A stretch of 63,053 nucleotides of DNA, the filler included, from Olpidium bornovanus S191 (taxonomy: Eukaryota > Fungi > Olpidiomycota), in NCBI GenBank assembly GCA_017911155.1. It is 30 parts of 30 records of this genome, joined end to end, with 100 filler letters (N's around TTAATTAATTAA, not from the genome) between each part and the next. Parts side by side here need not be neighbours in the genome. Positions count along the whole stretch, not along the records: positions 49,574 to 50,948 come from JAEFCI010009494.1; positions 51,049 to 53,085 come from JAEFCI010011037.1; positions 53,186 to 55,012 come from JAEFCI010004776.1; positions 55,113 to 56,227 come from JAEFCI010007938.1; positions 56,328 to 57,766 come from JAEFCI010009106.1; positions 57,867 to 59,556 come from JAEFCI010006988.1; positions 59,657 to 61,769 come from JAEFCI010008375.1; 23 more parts are not named here. One strand, given 5' to 3'. Positions 49,811 to 61,369 of the stretch are shown one piece after another. Made by a program: the position numbers and the translations under genes. Positions within the stretch are counted from its first letter, which is position 1, and each line of letters begins with the position of its first letter. The notes beneath the pieces were generated by a model. The model had not been told where the DNA came from. It saw only the letters and a list, made by a program, of their open reading frames with translations, and made no database searches.

Positions 49811-50605
49811 TCATGACAGCAAGGCCTCCTCTAGGAAAACGGCGGACTCCCGCTGTCGGCACAATCCGAGTCCATCGCGGAAAAACCGACGGAAAAAACA
49901 GACCTCTGTTTCTTGCGGCATACAGGAACTGTGTGATGGATTCGGTCTCCCTGACGGTGCGAGCGGAAAAGTGCCTCGCCACCGCGGCGGCGAGGTCCTC
50001 GCGCGAAGGCTTTTTGGTCCGCAGCCGGTACACGTCTCGATACTTCCGGAGAACGGGCGGCTCGAGGGTGGCCACGTCCAGCTGTCACAGGGCCAACCGG
50101 CCGGGTTTATGACGGAGCCGGTCGACGAGCGAAGTCAGGAGGAAGGGGGAGGGGGAGGGCGGTGAAATTTTCCAGCAAGAAGGAGGAATCGCCAAAGAAA
50201 TAAGTGGGGAACCGGCCGCAAGCAAATTCGAACCCTCGCGGGCGGGAAAAGCCGGCACGGTTAGCAGCAGGCCGTTTTTCCCTTCTCAAAAGGCCGACGC
50301 GTCAACCTCACCGTGATCACCTTCGCCTTCGAAGAAGCGGACGGAACGGGCGGCTGGTGCCTCTTGGCGATGCCGTAGTGCTTGTTCGCTCCGGCGGCAG
50401 GCGGTGCGTACACCGGGTCCTTCGGGTTCGCCGAGTGCGCCAGAGTCGGCGGCTGGTGGAAACCCGCGGCGACGGCGCCGGCGGAGTGCACGCTCGGCTT
50501 CTGGCCCGACGGAGCCCTCGACGACGACGACGACGACGACGGCGCAGGGCCTGCGGCAGCGGAGGTGGAGGCGTGGTTCCGAGACGACCTGGACTTGGCT
50601 CCCAT
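49811..50605 (-). CDS. SAP30: SAP30-like Sin3/HDAC complex subunit, about 3 exons
   Basis: LDVATLEPPVLRKYRDVYRL...SREDLAAAVARHF...VRETESITQFLYA resembles the SAP30 Sin3-binding domain. It is preceded by a low-complexity first exon from ATG 50605. Confidence 0.75.
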
Positions 50606-50916
50606 CGCGGCGGTTGAAGGAGGGCGAACGAGGCGCACGGAGAGGCCGAAGGTGGTCTACGGGCTCGCCCCTCCTCCGCCGTAGGCGATAACCCGCTATG
50701 CGTGGGCACGACCTGGAGGGGACGATCGCGGGGAGGGGGCCGGCGGCGCACACGGCGAGACCTGCTGCTCCGGCTGCTCCACTGCAGGACTGGCGTGCCG
50801 AGGGTGGCGAACGGGGGGGGATCCGGCCAAGGGCTGAGGCGAGGCGTGGGGGGCGGCGACCGGGGCGCTCGGCCCGGTCGCTGCTCTTTCCACAGTGTGC
50901 CTGGGGCGCGGCGGAG

Positions 50917-50947
<31 letters not shown>

Positions 50948-51048
50948 ANNNNNNNNNNNNNNNNNNNNNNNNNNNNNNNNNNNNNNNNNNNNTTAATTAA
51001 TTAANNNNNNNNNNNNNNNNNNNNNNNNNNNNNNNNNNNNNNNNNNNN

Positions 51049-52082
51049 CATGGCGACTTGGGCCAAAGTCACAAGCCAAACAAAGTAGGGCCGGTATGTC
51101 ACGGCAGCTCGACGAGCATACTGTTTCGCAACTTTGGGCTTCCGTAGGACCTTTGGAATATTATCAGCCAAGCCGCCAACCGACTTCCCCTGCGGTAATA
51201 GCCTTTCGGATCAGCGAAGCGACTTCCAAAAAGCACTCGCGACGACCCGGGGCGTCTGGGACAAAATCAAAAAAAATTAGGTGTTTCGGGGCGTACTTTC
51301 GTTGACGACTGTTCCTTGCCTGGGGGTTCTTGCGGGAGCTCCCTGTTCTCCTCGATTTGGTTTGATCCGGCGGCAGACAAGGACCTCCCCACGCCCTCTC
51401 CACCGTAACGGTAGTCCTGGGAGCGAAGTGTTGTGTCATCGTCCGCAAATTCTCGAGGGAGAGCGGCGTCGCTGGACGCCCGGCCCAGCTCTGGCTGGTT
51501 GCGCTGCCTAGACGACGCCCCTGCGGCAGGACCCGGAGAGAACGACGAAATACCGTCGTGGTCAAGGTGATCGTTGCTGCTGTATATGTTCTCGTCGTCC
51601 GCCGAAGCATACCAGCCGGCGATGGTGTCGGGGACGTACGGTGCCGCCGGGTATTCCGCGGCCGTTTCTGCGGTGGCGGCGACCCCGCCGGCGTCGGCCG
51701 TCCGGTACCGCCGCGGGGAGAGCGGCACCGCTTCGTCCCTCGGTTCCTTGTGCTTCAGGGGAAAGTAGCTGCTGACGCGCAAGTTCCCGCCGTCGTCGCT
51801 GTCGTCGCCGTCGTCCAGCTCGGCTTGCGGGTCGTACCGCACGTTGTGGCCGTCGTCGCAGTAAGAGTCGGTCGGCGAGGCGGCGGCGCCCGGCCCGCGC
51901 CAGGTCGGCTCCTGCTCCCATGCGCGGCGGTCGGAGTGGGCATGATCCGCGAAGACGTCTCCTCCTCGTCCGGCCGGTCCCGCTGGCGGCGGTCCGTCCC
52001 CCGGCCGCCCACCGCCGCCTCCTCCTCGGGACCCGCCAAAGAAGGTATAGCGCCCGTTCGGGTCGTTGTCGCGGGCGGACAT
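51049..52082 (-). CDS. Probable rhomboid-family membrane protein with a long cytoplasmic N-terminus; 3' truncated
   Basis: About 260 aa of disordered acidic N-terminus, then an exon from 51189 reading GKSVGG...TYRPYFVWLVTLAQVAM, like the RPxFTYW first-helix entry of rhomboids. The catalytic region is absent from this contig. Confidence 0.45.
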
Positions 52083-53186
52083 TTGCTCGGGCGGCGAGGT
52101 TTTTTTTTAGCTTTTTCGGGCGACCGGTTTTCGATCCCCGCGCGCGCGCCGCCGAAATGTGGGGCGGCGGACGGCGTGTGGATTTCGGCGGTTTCGGCGC
52201 TGGGGATGAGAGGCGGCGGCGACGCCTGGCGCCCACCCTCCCTCCCGTTCCCGCGCGCGGGGACGCCGCCCGATTCCCCGCCCCGCCCCCGCGCCACACT
52301 TCGCGGGCGCCCCACAAGGGTCAGCTGGAAGACCCCGGTCGCTTGGTAAGGCGGACGCAGCAGCAAGGGGAACCCACTCGGCACTTTCCCCCCCGAACGT
52401 GGAGCAACCTCCGGGTGGACGTGAACGCCGTTGCCGCTTGCTTGGGAGGGCAAGGTGAGGGGGTCCACCATAGAATGAGGAACCCCGCCGTCAGATGAGC
52501 AGAGCGCGGCAAGTTCAAGCAACTAAGGACTAGGAAATACTGCTAAGAGATTCTGGATTTTTTTGTGGCGGGAGCATCTTGTCCTGCCGCCCTGGGTATA
52601 CTAGGCCCAAAGTGCGGGCCAATGTCCATTGGCATTGGGTCAATTCCGTACCGCCGGTCCGCGCGTTCGGCCCGCGGCATTTGACCTGCCGACAAACCAA
52701 ACCGCCGCACCCAATCGTTCGCTGTCACTGTCCTTGTTGACGGCTTGCGGCATGTCAGCTATTCGTCAGAGAACCTCCATTTTGTCTTGGTTGGGCTGCA
52801 CTGACCGCAGTTTCGTCAGCGATGCCTCTTTTCTCGTAGTTTACACGGCAAACCTTGCTGATAAACGACGACCCAAAGTTTGAGAATCCTGCATGATGGG
52901 GGTGCTGGAAATAATGCACTGCGCGCACCAGCCCCCCTTGCCCCTCCCGTAAATCCCTAATAACTTTTCCCGCCATACAAGAGACTTGCCGCAGAGATGG
53001 CTTCCGAACAAAACAAAGAAAGATTTTGGTTTACCTTCTCGCGGAACTCGCCGCGCTGCCGGCTTCCGTCCGGATTCAACACGGGNNNNNNNNNNNNNNN
53101 NNNNNNNNNNNNNNNNNNNNNNNNNNNNNTTAATTAATTAANNNNNNNNNNNNNNNNNNNNNNNNNNNNNNNNNNNNNNNNNNNNC

Positions 53187-54098
53187 ATGTGGGAGTCGCT
53201 CCGCGACATCGACCAGGGCAGGTCCCAGTTTGTGGACGCTTTCTTTCGCCCCGTCGGACACTATCCGCAAGCCCCTGCTGCTTCTCCATCCGGAGAGAAT
53301 TCCGGGTGGACGGGAGAGGCGCACGTGGACGAGGAGTGCGTTGTGTGCCGCCGGCCATACTTTCGGCCATACTTTCGGTGCCCTCGTGCGCCTTCTCTCG
53401 TTTTGGTTTTCGGATTTCTGAGGTACGCCCCGGAAATGCCTATCTTCCAGTTACGCTCTGGCGCTCAGCCTGCAGGAGGACGAGAACGAGCGAGAGCGAC
53501 AGCACCGCCAGCGCGAGCTCCGGGAGCGGGCGCCGGAACAGGTGACAACGGAGCCTCGGGCGCAAGGAAGGCAACCGGCCGATCGCCCTACGGGAATTAC
53601 CGCCGCAGAGCAGCCAAGCCAGGTGACGGCACGGCCGGCAGCCAAAGCCACGTCGGCACCACGCAAGAAGTTCAGCGAGTGCTTGGTCATGTAGAAATCA
53701 GGATTCGTCGTAAAGGAGTCAATTCTGCTCTGCGGCACCCGACGGCAACTCGCCACGTCGTGTTTGGAATGCGGGGAGGGGGGGGGGGGTTCGTTTTCTA
53801 CTTGTCTGAAACTTGCGTGGATCATCCAAGTTTTTTTTTTCACGTGCGCTCTATTGTTGCACCGCGCAGGCATTGGCCTTTTTCTTTATTGCCACGGAGC
53901 CAGCTTCGCGGGAAACGCAGACTTCCATGTCCGTGCTGCCGCATCACGTACGTTTGCGGAGAGCGTTGTTGGACCGCCGGGTGTATTAGCGGTCCTGCTG
54001 CTGGAGTCCACCAGAGCCGCCGTCGCCACAACCGCGGAATATCCCTCTTAACTACACGCGAGCGATGCTGCAAGAAAGGCGACCGAAGAGCGTGGTGA
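53187..54098 (+). CDS. Cys-rich (MYND-like zinc finger) protein C-terminus; 5' truncated
   Basis: CVVC...; splicing about 53367 to 53871 would join it to RLPCPCCRITYVCGERCW...VH. The spacing resembles MYND but is imperfect. Confidence 0.33.
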   Translation: MWESLRDIDQGRSQFVDAFFRPVGHYPQAPAASPSGENSGWTGEAHVDEECVVCRRPYFRPYFRCPRAPSLVLVFGFLRYAPEMPIFQLRSGAQPAGGRERARATAPPARAPGAGAGTGDNGASGARKATGRSPYGNYRRRAAKPGDGTAGSQSHVGTTQEVQRVLGHVEIRIRRKGVNSALRHPTATRHVVFGMRGGGGGFVFYLSETCVDHPSFFFHVRSIVAPRRHWPFSLLPRSQLRGKRRLPCPCCRITYVCGERCWTAGCISGPAAGVHQSRRRHNRGISLLTTRERCCKKGDRRAW

Positions 54099-56328
54099 CG
54101 GTGAGAGTGCTGCAAAGGGTTCTTAAAACAGGCAGATAGTCCGGCTCACGGAGAATCCACAAATTGGGCGGTCCGTTCCTCCGGGTAGTCAGAAAGAACG
54201 AGAGCGAGCGATTGAGCGGGAGAGCGTTTGTAACACCTGACCACACGTGGAAATATCGTTGTTCACGCGCGTCTACCTTCAGAGAACGCCGCGCGTGTTG
54301 CCACCAACCCTCTTTGTGAAGTGCAATGATTTTTGCCACCGCGCCAGTGCCCTCCACCATTGGGCGTCATCGAATGTTGCAGCTGTCGTGTTCTTTCACT
54401 CTGAAATGTCAATCAAGAGTTTCAGCATGCGGGATGTCACGCATATCCACTGTCATTGGACCCACGCCATATCCACGCTCCGAGTGTGATGACATTTCTT
54501 CCCGCTGCTGGATACGTACGCCACAGTGGAGCACACTGGTCAACATCAGCACAGGTACGGTGCAGGCGAGCTTAGACTCAAACCATTTTTTGACCCGTGC
54601 GCCAACCGCCACTCGTTTCCAGAAAACGACAGATTTCTGGAATATTTACGTCATTGGTGGTCTGAGGAACAAAATTTGGACATAACACACCTTTCGATGA
54701 AGTTGCGTTCGCAATGATATGTGGGATACAACATGAACCCCTGACCTGCCTCCTCAGCTGCCATGGCAACTGCGGTGGTTTGTTCTTGAAAGTCGGGTTA
54801 GATAACACGGCTTGATGCGCAGCTAACACCTTTGAGCTCTTCGGTTTTGCAACATAAAAAGAGCTTGGGGAACCCAGAGGCTCTGGGCCAAATTGGGGTT
54901 GCTGGTGCTGTGTGCGCCCAGTAGTCCGTGGGGACGGTGTTGGAATATGGGCAGAAGAAACCTTTTTGGGTAGTTCGGGACGGGGGGGTTGTCCCACCCT
55001 TTATGCCCATGGNNNNNNNNNNNNNNNNNNNNNNNNNNNNNNNNNNNNNNNNNNNNTTAATTAATTAANNNNNNNNNNNNNNNNNNNNNNNNNNNNNNNN
55101 NNNNNNNNNNNNAAATCAGCAAATTGGTAATTGCATACATCGTTACATATGAAGGAGTAAACGGCATTGAAAGGCTGTCTTCATCCTCAGGTTCTGAAGA
55201 ATGGCAGCCAGGCAGTCCCAAACAAGATGCATGCTTCTAAAAAAGTAAGGGGGATTCCCTTCACGGCATAGGAGGAAAAAGCAGCACGGGGATGCAGTGG
55301 AGGATGGGCATGGAGATTCAAAAGTGTTCCGAGGTACTTTGGCGGTTTCACTGGGGCCAGTTCCACGCATGGAACTGAGGAAGGTCCACGAGGAGGGAGG
55401 GCCGGGGGGGGGGGGGGGGGGGGGGGGGGGATAGCGGAAGGCGAGGGAGGGGTGAGCAGAAAGGAAAAGGAATTCGTTCTCCCACCGCCTTCAGAGCGCT
55501 TTTCACGCCGTAGACGCCAACTGAAAGAGGAAGGGGAAAAGGCGTCTCCTCATCGTCGTCAACGCCCCGTCGCCTCACCGCTCGGCAAGATATTTGCCTT
55601 CGATGTCGCCCCGTCGCACTGGCCGCCAATACGCTCCGCGTCGCTTTCAACACCGCGCTAGCGCGTTCGTTTGCGGGGCGGGGAGAAGGCTGAAGGCAGG
55701 TCTGAGCGAGTTTCTAAAAAAAAAGGCTTGGGTGACATCGAGAGCGGGGTGGGGAAGAGAGTCGTTTGGGCCAATTCCGCGAAAATTCAAAACTTAAGCT
55801 TACGGTACGGGAAATACATTTCAGGTGTAATAAAGTAGGTTCATATCTGATTATAAGTTGTTTGACCATTTCTATGTGCAAGTCCGCTCGACGTCTTCAA
55901 GCCCGTTGCCGCCTCACCGGGGAGTGCACGATTGTGTGCCTTCCCCCGGCGTAGTGCAAGCACTCGAGCGCGTTCATTCTCACCCTCCGGGTGCAAAGAG
56001 GCTTGTCTCTTTCACAATGGGCTGCCAAATCCTGGGGGGTTGCTTGCGGTTCGGACCCAGCGATGGATGACAGATTCTTCGCAAACTCAACCGTCGTGAC
56101 CAGTCCTTCCCAGTAATCCCTCTCGAAGCTGCGTTGTTGAGGACACCGGGCTGACCATTGGTCGCCAATGCATTTGAATGTCCCGGGAAAGGTCCACGCC
56201 GATGTCAATCGCCCGTTACCAGACATGNNNNNNNNNNNNNNNNNNNNNNNNNNNNNNNNNNNNNNNNNNNNTTAATTAATTAANNNNNNNNNNNNNNNNN
56301 NNNNNNNNNNNNNNNNNNNNNNNNNNNC

Positions 56329-56758
56329 CTTGAGAGTAATATCTCTCCGACTTGAATATCAACGCTCCTTTACCGCGACCTCCTTACCCAAGGACCTTAC
56401 CGCGAGTCTTGAGCCTGACCCGACTCTCCACAGTACAATATCCTCCTTCCAGGTGCTCCAGTTGCCTTCTTCAAGCGGAGGAACGACGAGCCTCACGGCG
56501 CGTCCTCCTTCGCTCATGGTGTGTAAGAGTCGCGGCGAGTTCTCGGCCGTCGCGTGTCACGCGCGCGCAGGTTCCCTTCTTTCTGCTGCTGGGAGTTCCC
56601 CGGAGCCCAATTCGTAACGCAGCGACCATGATCCGTGTTCTCACTGTTCCCTCGCAAACCTCTCTTCGCGCGCATTCCGGCGCCTGCGGGTCAGGAGGCT
56701 GCTCGCGTTCTACAAGGTGCTGGTGGGGTGGGGGACGGCAGCCATTGGGCTCATAACC
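56329..56758 (-). mobile_element. Ty1/copia element 5' internal region: primer-binding site (56758-56747) and gag N-terminus
   Basis: GGTTATGAGCCC on the minus strand, followed about 250 bp downstream by MSEGGRAVRLVVPPLEEGNWSTWKEDI (copia gag P.L.G.N(Y/W)..WK motif), then a premature stop. Confidence 0.65.
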
Positions 56759-57868
56759 TCAGGTCAAGAACGCGTTCGTTGTATTTTACCCGCGGGGGTG
56801 AGGGCTACGGGAAAAGAGGGAGGGAGGGGTACAGATGCCTGAAAAATTGCAAATACTAGTAACTGGTGCTAATAACCACCACATTTCCTTCTTTAACAAT
56901 GCGTTCAACAGAATTGCCAACCAGCTGTTTGAGACACTGCGCAGCATGGTTATTTGACGTAAACCTTCAGAACCTCACCTTTTGCAACAGTGCGCACAAA
57001 CAACAAATCACAAATCTCCTCTCCGCTCATCCTGCTCACAGGACTCCTTGGCCATCGCGCAAGAGGTTGTCCTTGACAAGGACCTCAAGCCAAAAGAAAA
57101 GAAAGATCCCGCGTCATTCGTGGCAACGCCAGCCGCTGTCGGCGACGAAGCTGACGCCACAAGCAGATCGAGTCCGAGCGGCAGAGAAGGCAGTGTCGGT
57201 TTCGGGCACGCAGGGGGCTCTGGGGGATCCGGTTGGTAAGCGGGCTTGCGTGTCGCACTCAGACCAACGTCGATAGCGCTACGACGCAGCCTCGAACTCC
57301 TCTGCAGCCGGCGCTGCGTGCGAAAGGACGAGGAAAGGAGGAAAACAGAGATCAGCCGACGCTGCTCGACCCGTAGCGGTGGCCGACCCCTCCGCTTGAA
57401 CGGGACCGAAGGTGATCACGACGCTCGAACAAGCCCGACGGCTTTGTTTATTTCAAACAAGCGGATCGGCTATGGTAGGGTTTTGGGTGTTTTGCGTTGC
57501 GTTCGACGTCGAGGTAATTTCGTTGGGAAGAAACTGTGAGAGTTATGTGTTTTTGCCGAGCGGTGCGGCCCCTTTTATTCAAAGAGGAAGTTTACGCGTT
57601 ATAGTACAGTACAAACATTGTGGGGTTCTGACCAAGAACACACGTAGGAGAAAAGAGAATAAAGAAGAAAGAAATAAACTCACCACTCCTCCTTGTTACG
57701 AATGGGAGGGGAGTTTACGAGCCCAAGTGAAGTAACACAATCAGTAAATCGCGGTCTTGCCAGTCCNNNNNNNNNNNNNNNNNNNNNNNNNNNNNNNNNN
57801 NNNNNNNNNNTTAATTAATTAANNNNNNNNNNNNNNNNNNNNNNNNNNNNNNNNNNNNNNNNNNNNCC

Positions 57869-58849
57869 CTCCGAAGCTTCTTCCGCTGCCCTTACTGCTA
57901 TTATCGCCTCGATGCCTCGTCACTCGCAGTACTCCGTTGCGGCTGCGGGATCCACGAGGAATGCTTTAAGCAGCGGCTTGGAGAACTGAGAACGGTTTGC
58001 CCAAAGTGCGGGGCGTTCGGCCCGCACACGCGGCGCAGCCGGCACACCTTGCTCCGCTCGGTCCTGGAGCTTTTCGAGTTCAAGCTGTGGGCCCTGCCAC
58101 TGGATCCGGCGCCGAATGTTCTTTTTCCGGGCAGCCTGGTCGCTGTCAATTATAATGATCCGATTCTGCTCTCTTTCGTCAGTACTCATCTGCCTCTCGG
58201 CTTGGAAGCCGTTCTCGCCGCGCAAGAAGGCAACACCGCCGCGCTCGCCGGTGCCCTGGAATGCTCCGTGTGCTACCGACAATTGGTTCCCGACAATTTC
58301 GACTTGCTCGGTTGCGGCCACATCGTCCACAAGACGTGCGTCCGCCAAGACTCCAAGTGCCCTTACTGCCTGGTGACAAATGATCTCACGGACCCGTCGG
58401 CGACGCACGCCCTCGGAGAGCTCCTGGATTTGTTCTGCGACAGAGGGTGGATGCCGAAGACGCCCGTTACCAACAGAAAAACGTCGCAGCAGCTCCACCT
58501 GGCGCCGCTGGTCCACATCCTGGAGCTTTTCCGCCGGAGAGACTGGCTGACGCGCTCGGCCCAGCAGCCGCAGTTCCCGAATGAACCACCCGTGGAGGTG
58601 TTTCTGGACGTTTTCGAGAATCGGGGGTGGGTTCCGGTCTTTTCCGGCCTCTCGCTCCGCGAAACTCCGATCTGCGGGGTGTGCGGATGGGTTGTGTCCG
58701 ACGAAAATCATGCGAGATTCCCCTGCGGTCACCGCCTCCACCAGCTGTGCGTCTCCTGCGTTTTTGCGGGGATGCAATGCTGCCCTATGTGCACGGGGCA
58801 CGAAACGCCAGACGACACTGACCGATCTAGATCCGCACTCGGAGAGTAA
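57869..58849 (+). CDS. Intronless triple-RING finger protein (putative E3 ubiquitin ligase); 5' truncated
   Basis: The frame is open from the contig edge. RING1 CPYC-x13-CGCGIHEEC-x11-CPKC (57887-58009); RING2 CSVC-x13-CGHIVHKTC-x6-CPYC (58262-58369); RING3 CGVC-x13-CGHRLHQLC-x10-CPMC (58673-58792). Confidence 0.88.
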   Translation, partial: LRSFFRCPYCYYRLDASSLAVLRCGCGIHEECFKQRLGELRTVCPKCGAFGPHTRRSRHTLLRSVLELFEFKLWALPLDPAPNVLFPGSLVAVNYNDPILLSFVSTHLPLGLEAVLAAQEGNTAALAGALECSVCYRQLVPDNFDLLGCGHIVHKTCVRQDSKCPYCLVTNDLTDPSATHALGELLDLFCDRGWMPKTPVTNRKTSQQLHLAPLVHILELFRRRDWLTRSAQQPQFPNEPPVEVFLDVFENRGWVPVFSGLSLRETPICGVCGWVVSDENHARFPCGHRLHQLCVSCVFAGMQCCPMCTGHETPDDTDRSRSALGE

Positions 58850-59665
58850 AGAACGTTTGTCTCCGTAAAATCAACTCCCCCACTTCCCCCACCACCTCCC
58901 CCCTTCTTGTCAAACCGGGGATCCATAGAGCACGTGACCTTCCCCGTATCTTCTTCGCAGCCTTTCTCCCTTCCTCACCGCCTTTTCTTTTACAATACAA
59001 AGGAAGAATTCAACCATAGGAGGCGCCGGTGCAGCGGACTCTTCATCGTTGTAGCATTTCTTCTCCCAAATTCCCGCCCGCCCTCCCGCCCTGCATCCTT
59101 TTTCCCCACAATGCCCCGGCTTTGGTGATTTTGAGGAAAAGAAAAGGCCAGATGCCGATTTAGGTTGGAGTATGAGCTCACTTTTAAGAGCTATCATTCC
59201 GCCTGGGCGCTCGCTCCATCCCTGACCCCCCGCCCCCCCCGTCCCCACCGCGGCACCCTAATGAGCTCGTCATTCCCCGTTTTTGCTCGGGAACCCTGAG
59301 GAGTCCGCAATAAGATTCGGAAACGTCGCCCTGCTTTGAATTAAACACATCGAGGAATTCCTTCCCCGGTCAAAACTGACGAACGTGGGGGAGGCGCGCG
59401 CGCGGTCCCTGCTGTATGTATGCGGATTTTTTTCTCTTTTTTTTTGGTCCGTTTTTGCTCCGCTTGCTGGGCGGGTTCACTCTCTCTCTGTCGCTTGCTC
59501 TATCCGTTGTCATAGGAAAACGTCGGTGAACGTGTGACGTTCTTTCCGGCCTCCTCNNNNNNNNNNNNNNNNNNNNNNNNNNNNNNNNNNNNNNNNNNNN
59601 TTAATTAATTAANNNNNNNNNNNNNNNNNNNNNNNNNNNNNNNNNNNNNNNNNNNNCCTCTCCCT

Positions 59666-59709
<44 letters not shown>

Positions 59710-59772
59710 ACCACTCCGTCTGCCGCGGCCAAGGGAGCCCGAGTTGGGGGCGCCGGGAACCAGCTGCTGTAG

Positions 59773-60337
59773 GCTTGTCAAGAGGACGAAAGGAGTTCGC
59801 GACGGGAATCTCCCGGGCATAGGGGGCCGTCCGTACCTCTTATTGGAACACCCGACCACGCGACAGCTCGCCGAAAAGAAGCTGGCGGAGTGGGACAAGC
59901 GCCTGCGCGGTAGGAACTCGCTGCTGCGGAGGCACTGGGAGGGAATCGAGTGGGCCCGGCCCATAAAGGCCCCGCCGCTCGGCTGGGAACTCGAGGACAA
60001 GGCGGAGGCCGAGGCGTCCGTGCAGTCTGGCGAGATGATCGACCCGAGGGGGCTGAGGGCGCGGTGGCCGGCTTGGCGGGACTTCGACGGCCGCGCGGTC
60101 ACGGACAAGGCCCCCGAGGGCCCGTCGCCCGCGCCGCCGCCGCCGCAGCCACCGCAGCCGCAACAACCGCAACAGCAGCAGCAGCAGCAGGGCCCTGCGC
60201 ACCGCACGCCGGGCGGCGCCTGGCGAGGGGGGGGCTCGGGTCCGCAAGCCGGGCGGGGGAAGGGCCGGGGACGGATCCCGCCCCTTTTGCCGAGAGGGGC
60301 GAACGACGTCGTCTGGGGCGCTCCGGCCCCACGGTAG
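59773..60337 (+). CDS. Hypothetical protein, last exon (Trp-rich globular segment, then a P/Q-rich and RG-rich tail)
   Basis: After a CTGTAG acceptor: ...PYLLLEHPTTRQLAEKKLAEWDKRL...WPAWRDFDG, then PPPPQPPQPQQPQQQQQQQ and GRGKGRGR. Family not recognised. Confidence 0.5.
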
Positions 60338-61326
60338 CGAATCTTGCGTCGGTGTGCTTGTGGGACACTTGCCGCCTGCATTGGCAGCGCCCAATGGCAA
60401 TTTGGGAGCTGTGAAAATGTTATTGCCTGGCCGTTGACTGCGTCAACGTGACTGCGTCCCCTCTCGTTGGCGGGCGCAAAATTTTTTAATTAAACTCATT
60501 GTCAATCTTTGCATGAATGGTCCACGTACACGAGGATGCGAATCACGGGATGAACAACGTACGGAGACATTCCACCACCGCAACTTTTAGTCTGCCAGTT
60601 CGGGAAAAATTGTAGCAGCGCGACCGCGCAAAACCTATGTGGCGTCCCTGCGCTGAAAATGATAAGCCGCACATTCCCGACCCTGTTGAATTTGCCTATC
60701 TGAAAGCTGGCCACATTTCGCATTTCGGAATGCCTATTTCGCAATGTCTGCGTAGCATGATTTATATATGATCAGCCGTATGAGGCATTGCTGAACAGCG
60801 CGCCTGCAACGTTGCCTTTCTAATTTAATCTAGTGTACAAAGATTGAGGGGTTCCGACTAAGAAATTTCAACAAATCCGGATGAGACGCACTGGGCATCG
60901 TTGAGTATCCTACGTTGCCACTTCGGCTTTTCCGGTTGATTCTCATTATAAGAATAGTATCTCACATCGCGTTCAGACAGCAACAACAAGGCCACGTTTT
61001 GTGACCCGAACGAGTCGCGGAGATAACGCCCGCGCAAACCGTCCGCAGCTCCTGCGAACAAACGCGCTGAAAGGGCCGTTCTAAGTGCCCTGGGGGCGGG
61101 CCCCGACGTAAGGTGCCCACCCCGTGCTTATCGACTTCTCTGGCACGGAATTATGACGACCGGTGTTACCGAGACGGGGACGGTTTCTTAATATACAGAG
61201 ATGGAGTGAAAGACAAACATCCATAACCCTAACCCTAAATGGGAGTGAAAACAGAGGCGGCGACAGTCGTGTCTTTGCCCGCTCCGCGGGTATTTTTGGC
61301 TTGGGTTCAACCGCCTGCCAGACACT

Positions 61327-61369
<43 letters not shown>

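Noticed and set aside
54100-56227. Several 60-140 aa ORFs in two contigs
   Set aside because: No recognisable motifs, and I could not build a consistent splice model.
57692-57737. TGTTAC...GTAACA inverted ends suggesting a solo LTR or MITE
   Set aside because: Only a 6-bp inverted match over about 45 bp, with no second copy or target duplication visible.
61224-61238. (TAACCC)2.5 telomere-like tract
   Set aside because: Too short to distinguish from chance, and not at a true chromosome end.
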